DNA from: Tubulanus polymorphus
Lineage: Eukaryota > Animalia > Nemertea
Reading direction: 5' to 3'
NCBI RefSeq assembly: GCF_964204645.1
Contig: NC_134030.1
Span: 6,924,778 to 6,988,777 of the forward strand
DNA: 64,000 nucleotides
Positions 40,083-50,123 of this stretch are shown here, piece after piece (position 1 is the first letter of the stretch; each line of letters starts with the position of its first letter). Below the pieces are notes generated by a model that was not told where the DNA came from, searched no databases, and was given only the letters and a program-made list of their open reading frames with translations. Position numbers and translations under genes: made by a program.

Positions 40083-42804
40083 ATGGCGGCTCTAGGCAAA
40101 AAATCACGAGGCAAGAAAACTGTCAAAGAATCAACCTCGGACGACGAGATGATCGAAAGCAGTATTGAAAAGGAAAAATCTAAGAAATGGGGAAACCTTA
40201 TCGCTCTCGACCCGAAAGATCAAGCCGAGTTTGAGCTAAAGGTCAAAGATATTCGGGACAAGAAAAATGTAAGTTTCCCAATAAATAATAAAACTTGATT
40301 GATTTCTTCTTCATCTCATGATTCTTCTATCTTCTTCAGCTCGACCCAACACTACAGAGGCCAGATATTTGTTTATCTTTTCTAGAATGTCCTTGAAGGG
40401 TCAAAAAAAGGAGTTGTCTATCTGGGTCACATCCCGAAAGGTTTGTTCGAACCGCAGTTGAAGAAGTTTTTCAGTCAGTTCGGAAACATCAATCGACTTC
40501 GCATTTCTAGAAGCAAAAAGACTGGCAATTCCAAAGGCTACGCATTCATTGAGTTTGAATTTGCTGAAATTGCGAAAGTTGTCGCCGAAACGATGAATAG
40601 TTACCTCACTTTCAATAGATTAATGCAGTGTAAGTATTGGTTGAGAAGGATTTATATATGCAATATGGCAGACACAAGCGTTCTACCAAAATATCCTCGT
40701 AGACCCGGTCATCCTTTCTATTGTTAATCAAAACTTCCGCCTGACTAAACAACTTAATCGTACAGAATCCTTAGTAATTCAGTCAAGTCATCATATAATT
40801 TCCACTAACTGCGGGTTTTTATAAGTAAGATATGAGTTTCATGAACACACAATAATAACAGTATAATGTCTAAAAAACGAAATACAATAGGAGAAAATAT
40901 GAAGTGTATTCATGAAATATTTCTAACGAAGTGGATATTTAACCATGTATGGCAAAGTATTTACTTCCGCTATTTTACCGTACATTATTACTATATATAG
41001 TATTAATTGATAAAAGTAACAATAAAGTAATTATATTGGGTTTAGGGTTTTGATAGGGTTAGTGTCGAGAGGGTGAGAAGAGGGTCCAGAGGGTTCCGTT
41101 TTACCCCTAGGTATAGGGTAAGGTGTGGTACTATAGATAGTTTAAAAACAATCTAGTGGTTTTCAGCGAGTTCAGTGGTCTAATGGTATGACGTTGCCCT
41201 AGTAATTTACTGGCCCGCGTTCAAGTCTCGCTCTATTTTCTCTAATTCTTCTGTTCTCTACACTTTCCTTGAATTTTCTAAGTCGCGCGGCGTAAATCAG
41301 CCAATCAGCGACGATGTACGGTATAATAGCGGAAATAAATACTCGGCTGTATACGGTAAAATATCCACTGCGTATTTCTTAACGTTGCTCTTTTTCATTA
41401 TTAAATGAATGGTTTTTGAAGAGGACATTATATAGACGAGGACGTTTTAAAGGGAGACTTTAATTTTATACAGCAAACTTTTTGATAATATCATCAAAAT
41501 TTGAACATTCAATAGATTTAATTAATTGTCAATTAAAACGATTTGCATTTATTCGCCACTTTTGATTGTCCCCGGATGAAGACATTGGTCCTAGTTTGGC
41601 GAATAATCGAGGGTTAACAATGTAAAGAATACAGAACAGAATCTGGTTGATTATGCGGGCTATGAATGATAACTATATGCTCAAATGCTGATTTCCAACC
41701 CAAAGGGAAACATCAAAGCTAATTAGAATAGGCTAAAATGTTTAAAAATTCTCAAATCCTTCTCACACTTTTGATTATTCAGGTCAGTTCCTACCGGATG
41801 AAAAAGTTCATCCAGCGATGTTCAAAAATTCTTTCCGACGTTTCAAACGGCCGATAAGTCATCTGATCAGTCAACAACGTTTGAATAAACACAAGTCACA
41901 GGAACGTGTCGAAAGAAACAAGAATCGTTTCCGCCAAAAAACGACGAAGAAACTACAGAAATTATCCGAACTTGGCATCGAAATGACTGTAGATCTACCG
42001 GTGAGCGATTTATTTCAGTATCGCTAAATTTTAAGATTTGTCGATATCAATTTAGATTAGTTGCAGTCAGTGTATATCAGCGTCCCTACGACTACTTGAT
42101 TTGACTGCTAGAATTCCTTCTAGATGGAAAATACTTATAATAAGCGTGCTTAAAACTCCTTTGATATTAGCGAAATGTCGAAAAATCCTTCAAGAAATTT
42201 TCTATTAGACTACATCTAAATTGATACAGGATATTTTTAAGCTAAGTAAGCAGTTACCGAATTAGAAACCAAGTTTCGTATTGTAAAGGATAAAAGTTTG
42301 CTTACGAAACCACTGAATTAATGGTTTACTGAGATAAATATTACCTATTTAAAAGGAGTCTACAGTAATTGGGATATGAAAGTGATTTATTGCATAATTT
42401 AGTATGAAACGGTTTCTGTGGAAATGTCTTATTCTAATAATCAGTGTTTGCTCTTTTGTCAGAATTGTGGGCCGGCTATCTCTTGCAAACAAGTGGCAAA
42501 GAAGAAATCCAAGAAAGAATCTGCCACTGATGAAACAGAGGTTGAACTCAACGATGTCAATGAAGATGCAGACACGACATTGTCTGCTGATAAAACGCAT
42601 GTTTTATTGGACGATAGTTCAGACTTTGATATAACAATTAAAACACCCCCGAATACAGTACGCATGAGTCGCAGTTTCTCGCATGCCACAGCCTCTACTC
42701 CTGTTGTATCCCAGAAAAAAACACAGAATAGGCGTAAATCGATGGGAGCCCAGGTCAAGACAAAAACAAATCCAGCTAAGAAAAAAGTAAAACGTTTAAG
42801 ATAA
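40083..42804 (+). CDS. NIFK: MKI67 FHA domain-interacting nucleolar phosphoprotein (NIFK/Nop15), ~329 aa
   Basis: Exons 40083-40268, 40386-40629, 41783-42000 and 42463-42804. [58 protein letters not shown]. Confidence 0.92.
40927..41372. mobile_element. Non-autonomous Mutator-like element carrying a tRNA-like segment
   Basis: ~59-bp imperfect TIRs (40927-40985 and 41314-41372). Flanks TATTTCTAA/TATTTCTTA match at 8 of 9 bp. Internal tRNA-like segment at 41168-41233. Confidence 0.7.
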
Positions 42805-43235
42805 TGAAAAACGTAAACAAAAAAAGATAATAAAACTATAGTTTCAAAACTAAGAATTTTCTTTTTTTAATTTAATTGGAGCAAATTTGAAGGAAAACTA
42901 ATGAATCAATTAGCCTACAGTGAAATCTGTTAACAAATGTTTATCAGTAACATGATTCTTAAAGTCATCTGAACGGAGTTCGAGATGAAAAAATCTGGTC
43001 ATTTTCAGCTGGAACCCAGACCATCACAGGTTCAAATCTTTACCGTCAAGTGCCGCCCCTCAATAAACCGTAAGCTGCGAACGTGTGAACTACCTATTAT
43101 TGGTACTGTGGCACGTGAGTAATTGCTTAGTTCTCACTTTCACCGTCAACGATATGTATAGGGGCAGCACCTGACGGTTAAAAATTTCGCACAATTCAAT
43201 TATTTTTTTATTGATCCTTATGTTTATGTGCCAAG

Positions 43236-46200
43236 ATGACAGATTATGCGCTGCACAAAATTATATCATCCGATGATGTCGAGTATTACATGAAAACCGA
43301 AGTATTGAAAGATGGGATAACTGTAAATTTGACTGACTGTCAGTCATCATGGTCTGGAAAAGGCAAGTACAGTTTGTGTAAACTAGTGTGTGTGTCACTA
43401 ACCTGCTAACCCACCGGTCATCCTTCTTATTACCTGATTACCGAGCTGACGTATTTTACCGAGATTACCACTAACTAGTTTTAAGATTAAAAAAAGATAA
43501 CCATTCTTATCTGCATGTTGCTATAGTGTAGTACCTACTAGCCGTCGTTCCAACAACGACTAGTATTCAGACTACTTATTGCTAATGCTTGCATTCTTAA
43601 AACATGGCCCCCGAGCTGAGGATACTGAAGCCAAACATTTGGTTTAAAACAATAAATTATAGTAGGCCTACCAACTACCTTAGTTGTCCTGTTTTTTAAA
43701 TCTATTTTTGAAATAAAAAACATCTTATGGTAATGTGTTGATGATGCATAGAAACATTTAGGTCTGTCTAAACCTAAATGTGTCAAAAAGTGGTGTGAGT
43801 GGAGTACGAAATGTTCTGTTTTTTTTTTGTAATTTACAGTGTCAAACAGTGAACTTAAGACAACTTGCAGTAAAATTCATATGGACTATGAAGATTATCT
43901 ACTGCAAACCAAAGCTGCACTTACTGGTCAAACCACCAAAAATATGCACTTCCAATATGTTGTGAAGCAAATTTCATCTGGCATCGAAGTAACGTGGAAA
44001 AAATACGTCCCTGGAGAAAATGTCAAGGTATGTCTCACTGCTTAATCTAATATCAACGTCTGGTATTCAGACTAGTCTCACTCTTGGGGCGAGTTGTCGT
44101 AGTGATCCTTTACGTATTGTAGTTCATAATAAATGCAGTAAACTTTTCAAAATTTCACTGGAAGAATATTCAAATTTTACTGTTTCTTCAATGCTACTAA
44201 TGCATTTTCTAGTTGTACTCAGTCTTGGCTGGTGAAACAACCGTAAGACATTTCCGGCTGTTATTTCAAAATCAACCGCTGTATGACTATGTTCAGCCAG
44301 GGACCCATCCATGGGACTTGTAAGACTTAAGTCCATCAATTTCAATTTGTCTCCATCGTGCATTTCAGTGCAGGAGCGTGTCTAATATTGCCTTTTTGAC
44401 CCATCTACTATGTAACCAGTTCATGATTAGACCTACATTTCAGTTTCAACTGGGCATTGTGAAGTTATCGCATGATGCTGATCCGGTGCAACGAATCTGT
44501 AGTTTATTCCAACTGAGTTTGAGACGTACGCAGGAATTACGGGAAGGAATCTCAGACGCTGTCAGTAAATCCGATCGTTTGTTAGCTGAACGAGATAAAG
44601 CTTTAACTGTACGTACGTAATGTAACAAACTGCAAGGTGCAACTTAAAAGTTTAAAAGCTTCAGTTTTGTCATAAAATTCAATAATTTTTGCTTTCTTCT
44701 TTCGGTATTTTAGCTGTTAAAGAAATCCGTTGAAGCTAAAGAGACTTTGGAGAGGGATCTGTATTCGAAGGTTTGTCTCAAACATGCGTCAATTGATCAC
44801 TCAAAATATGCTGTCTTAAATGTCTTTTGTATCGTCTATGCTTCTGCTTTCAATTTCAGTTTCAACTTGTGTTGAATTCGAAGAAGCAAAAATTAAGGCA
44901 GCTTAAAGCAGCAAGTGAGTGGAATTTTCATTTCTTTTTAGCCCACTTGGGACTTTAGTCCTAGCGGGCTATTGCGTTCACTTTTCGTCCGTCGTCCGTC
45001 CGTAGACGGAATCCAGTTATTTTGGGAAGTTTTGAAGACGCTTCAAGGTAACGTCTTGATATTTGGGTTACACATGTATCTACCCTAGACACATCTTCAG
45101 CCCAAAAACTGGCCCTGTCAGAATCAAGATGGCCGACTGGCAGCCATTGTTGTTTGACAAAATCAGCACTTTACACATTTTTGAACTTTTTGAGGGAAAT
45201 TTTGAAGACGCTATGATCAATTACCTTGATCTTTCGGATATATGTGAATCCCACCAGGGCCCATCAACATAACAAAAATTGGGTCGGTCGGACTCAAGAT
45301 GGCCGTCCTATGACCTTTTTAGTGCCCAAAAATGTTAATTTTGGCCCGAATTCTGAGTCCTGTAGCTTCCTACTGGTTTGCCATTTCTCATTACAATTTG
45401 TGATGGGTGTTCTTTGGAAAGGGATGTTTTATACCTGAGACAGGTATTTTTCATCAGCCAATTATGACGCAATTGGCGGCCATCTTGGTGTAACCATTAC
45501 TCATTCGTAAGTGGGAAAAAGTTTTTCCACATTATATTGATACCTAAGCGTATTTTGCTACCACAATCAATTAGAAAGTTGTAGCTCATAACGTGTTCTA
45601 TGATTGTGGTGAGTCTCAAGGTCATTGGGTTTTGAATATGGTCACCAGGGGGCGTTGAATAGTAGAATGACTTAGTATTTCCTTATTATATTGGTACCTA
45701 GGCATATTTTGTTACCATGATCAATTGCAAAGTTGTAGTTCATGACATGTTCTATGATTGTGGTGAGTTTCGAGGTCATTGGGTTTTGAATATGGTCACC
45801 AGGGGGCGTTGAATAGTAGAATGACTTAGTATTACCATATTAAATTGGTAACGAGGCATATTTTGTTATCACAATCAATTACAAAATCGTAGCTGCTGAC
45901 ATGTTCTATGATTGTGGTAGGTTTTTGTAAATGGTCACCAGGGGACGTTGAATATTGAAATTGTTAGATTGTTGAGCATTTGAAACCACTTCCCAAGTGG
46001 GCATGGTGTCCCTGGACCCCTAGTTTGTTAACATTTTTGTAAAAATCTAACATCATGCATATTACTTTTAAGAAAAAGGTGACGAAACTTTGATTTATTT
46101 TATAGTTGAAGAATTGAGTAAATCGGAACCAGCCATTGGATTGGCGAACCATGCACCTCAGCCTATTGATGACGAAAGTGACAGCGACGATACAGCCATC

Positions 46201-47513
46201 GATAAATCAACGACTAAACATCGCATCAGGTGTTGTAGGCCTACATTAATCAGATAGTCTCAAACTAACTACAAATATTGAATCTGATTCAAAATGTTCC
46301 AGCATAATATCGGTCTACTGACCAAATATTTTGCAAAGTGGTTGTGTTTAAATTTTTTCTGCTCGCTCAACAGTTATGAAATAACCGATGACGATGTTCT
46401 TTACAGCGATGATGAAACTACAGATGAAGAAAGACAAATAACTCTGACAAAAAAGAGTCGACTTCAACGATCGTCAGATTTTCACGCGACTGACAGCCGA
46501 TCATCACCATTACTGCCAGGTGGTGATGATGAAGATGATGATGATGATGTCGGTACCAGCGTTGTTGTCCATAGAAGGTAAAGCCATGCCGCATGATTTT
46601 CTATTCACTCAGTTTGTTTTAATAAGGTTGCCTCTACAAAGATGTAATTTTTCACCAGTTTCACTTTCATATCAGAAAAACTGTGTAGTTTTGTCCTAAT
46701 ATGTTTCGGTCGTTTCTTTGTTTGTTATCAATTTTGTGACATACCTGGACAATAGTTGTCATCGTGCTTTCAAGGCTAGTTTACTTTATGTAGGGCTACC
46801 AGCTGTCCCTGATTGTCAGGTACAGTCCATGAAAATGCCTCACTCTCCCTGATGGTGGTGTTGGAAGCTATTGAAAATTCATTGCTGTCCCTGAAACATC
46901 TACTGATCCTCTAAAATAATCATCTTCTAGTTCTGTATTTTTCCCAATATTGTGTCCCCGGAAGTTTACTTTTTTGTCCCCAATGTAGTAATTGATAGGT
47001 TGGCTGATCTCGTTATATATTAATGTATTCACTGAATTCAAACACGTAATTTCAGACGAGCTCGTAATGCACCGAAAAACAAAACTCCAGCAAAAGCCGT
47101 CCTACCGAAAGTCTCCACATCATCAGCTGCTAGTCTGAGAAAATCAACCAGTAATCCGAGGTGAATATTCTACTAATTGCATAAGAGCTTTCGTTTAACT
47201 TAACAAACGTAAATTCTGTGTCGGTTGATGTTTATATATTTTGTATCGTTAGTAATTGTAGCAGTACAAATGTAATACCGTTTACCATTTCTTTGTATGG
47301 AATTTTTGAAATGCTTCTGAATATGTAGCTTAATCGTGTGTTTGTATGAGAGAATAAGTAAAAGAATCACGTAGGTCTTTCTGTTTTATAATTCTTAAAC
47401 TTATAGAGCTGGTTTTTCATTGCAGGCCATCGACGAGTCGTTCAGCGCGCAAATCTAGACAGGAAACTCCTAAAGATAGTTTAGACGCTGAGGATTTAGT
47501 GAATTTTATGTGA
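43236..47513 (+). CDS. XRCC4: DNA repair protein XRCC4, 370 aa
   Basis: Exons 43236-43362, 43840-44027, 44444-44608, 44714-44770, 44860-44914, 46106-46229, 46374-46577, 47056-47160 and 47426-47513 total 1,113 nt. Motifs: LTDCQSSWSG, ENVKFQLG, ligase IV-binding AKETLERDLYSKFQLVLNSKKQKLRQL, and YSDDETTDEE. Confidence 0.92.
44940..46023 (+). mobile_element. Helentron-associated non-autonomous element (HINE / DINE-1 / pearl-like) with central 154-bp tandem repeats
   Basis: Subterminal inverted repeats GCCCACTTGGGA (44941-44952) and TCCCAAGTGGGC (45991-46002). It also has a 5' hairpin, a GTCC-type microsatellite, ~2.8 repeat units starting at 45531, 45685 and 45839, a 3' short palindrome plus CTAG, and T-rich flanks. 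Confidence 0.88.
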
Positions 47514-49002
47514 CATTGAATGTATGAGACATTTTCATCCGTATTTTTCTGGAATTAACAAATTACTCAAACACGCGCCAACCATCAATAGTGAAAAATA
47601 TGGAACTGTTCACCGTCAAATTATAGTTATTGTAACAAGCTTCCACTGTGTGATGTACATGTTGATAATTTACTTTTTATATTTTTGAATAAATCTGGAA
47701 TGATTTAGATTTGTGTGAGTTTCTTTTCATGTTTTAAGGCAGTGGCTGTTTAACTGATACTGATTCACACGAAAACTAGTGTTGTCGGAAAAGTAAAGAA
47801 AAGTCTAGTAAAGAAAGCGTATACATCATAGCGTTATAATTTTCATATGCATATGTTTTCTATTCTCATTGTATCGATTACATCTAAGCGGTTTTTTTTG
47901 GAAACCTGTTTTACGTGCTATGTCTACCCGCTCTTCCTTGCGTCGGTGTCATCTGGCTCCACAAATTCCAAAGGGGGAATTCGAAATGTGGCAATAGTAA
48001 GACTCGCAACGATCAAACTTCATTTCCTAAATCCGAATTAAATGAGATGTAAATCTCGATAGAAAGACTAATAAATATCGACGCTAGAATACATCGTATA
48101 ATAAAACGTTCAGGCTTACCGCTTATGAGTCCTGAGAAGCTGTGGAAGGCTTGTCTGACAGTATCGCGTCCAGTGTTGGTACACTGGTTTAGTTAAACAG
48201 TTCCACGTATATGTGCACATATTTACTCGGACCTCTCGTGGAGAATGATTAATAAATCCCTTATGAGTATTCATCGATTAGAAGATCAATCATGGAAGAG
48301 AAACCAATAAGCTCATTTTCCGGGTGTGGCGGGTCAGTTTAGTTTTATAGTTTCATGTCGGATATCGCGTAAACCAGGTTCTTTATTCATCTTTTAAATT
48401 GAAAAGCTTAATATCAAAAATACTTTCACCGAGTCCTCTTTTTTTTCGTTGCATAGACCGTAATGGTAGATTCTCAAGTACAGTTCCCAACGAAATTCTA
48501 TAAAATCTCGAAAAACCGGGATTTTGTGTCTACAAACTTGAAGAAATTGTCTTTGGTAGAGAGTTCAAATAGTTGAAAATCCATAGAAGCAAAACAGTAT
48601 AAATCTCCTGAAATCTACATGAGATTTGTACTGTTTTTGCTTCTTGCAAAAGGCTTTCTTTATCAATAGCCGATTACTTATGCTAGGTTTGCAAATTAGA
48701 AAATAACTTGGGGTTATCGCGTCCTAAGTAAATGGTTTTTTTGTGCGATAGAATTCCCGCCGCGAGGATGATCGAATGAAAATTAAAAACTGCGAAAAAC
48801 AATAAGACGCGCATCACGGGGTAGGATCAATTGAAAATAATCAAACCCCCAATGTCGAACATATTAAAACCAACCGCATGGTGCAATATTCTTTAAGGAA
48901 ATCATCACTAAATGAAGAGTATTTTACGTAAATATATATGTATACTTTATTTCATTCGTTTTAAGCGTTTCAATCATTTATCGGGTCCATTTTGCTGCGG
49001 TG

Positions 49003-50123
49003 TCAAATTGTGGCTTTTGGTTCCAACCTGTAAGTAAAGCGTGTATTTATGATGATTGTTACATAAAAAATGTCCATTTGGACGGAGTTCTGTCAGTTGA
49101 CCTAACATTGAGACCTGAATACTTACCGTTTTCTGCTTTTTTGCTCTTTGATTGCAGTTTCCTTCCAATTAGCTGGATATTTTGATATATTCGTCATGTA
49201 CTGTTGATTTACCTGTTATGTATCATCAAATACAAAAAAATGTTGAAAAAACGAACGAAAGCTACATAGATATGAAGATTTGAGCGGGATGATAATATAC
49301 GTAGGCCTATATTTGTCTGTATATTGTGACAATGTGAAAGATTGATTTTCTGATTATAAAGATATTGGGACGGGGGCTTAGGGGCAATCAGACACTTACC
49401 CTCCATTCGTCCTCCCATTGAAGGTGGTTGTAGTGCGGTTCCTTGGTAAGAATACGCTTCAGAATAGCCTGATTCTCGTGAGTCACTCTCAATAATTCTC
49501 GTTGGCGTTTTGTCTTGTTCAAACTAAATACACAATTGGAAATAAGAGCAATTAAGTATTAAAGATTTCGATGATATTATGTTGTCATCGGTCTTTGTTC
49601 CATTAGCAGGCTAACTATTTCATTCATTTCATAAAACGAAGATCCATAGACACTTGAATAACCTTTTTGTTTCATAGTCATTTCTGTTATCAACTCGTCC
49701 TCTTGTCCTCATGATGAACGACATTTTCTCGAGCAATATTCGATTATCTCTGTCAACTGTTGATAGTCTTTCCTCTTCAACCTGTAATGTTATAAAAGAG
49801 ATGCGAACATTTCCACCTCAAGTCAAGGCCCTCACAGACTACTGACTTAACTTACTTGAAGTTTTTTCAGTTTAAGATGGAGATGCATATACGTCTTTGG
49901 TGGCTTGTTATCCAGGACGGCCCTAGCTAAAATAGATGTTTGTATCATGAAAATCTCTTTCGATGAAAATGACATATTAATACGAATAGGTTGAGACCAT
50001 ACTGAAAAAAACTAGTTTACCGGAGTGGACCTTCTTCCTATGGGTGTCGAATCTGCTTTGGTCCCATCTCTTTTTCAAGAGTTTGTTATTGGCTGGTGTT
50101 ATCGGTTGATAGGCCCTGTGCAT
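49003..50123 (-). CDS. CFAP97D2: CFAP97 domain-containing protein 2 (KIAA1430 family), ~175 aa
   Basis: Exons 50123-50021, 49926-49856, 49781-49663, 49523-49400, 49212-49127 and 49027-49003 give MHRAYQPITPANNKLLKKRWD..HRKKV..LDNKPPKTYMHLHLKLKKLQVEEERLSTVDRDNRILLEKMSFIMRTRGRVDNRN..SLNKTKRQRELLRVTHENQAILKRI. The last exon is uncertain. Confidence 0.88.

Noticed and set aside
38105-41233. Functional tRNA genes at 38105-38190 and 41168-41233
   Set aside because: A/B-box-like motifs are present but there are no proper acceptor or anticodon stems; both sit in repeat contexts.
45063-45438. Short ORFs inside the HINE as Rep/helicase remnants
   Set aside because: No HUH or helicase motifs; chance ORFs.
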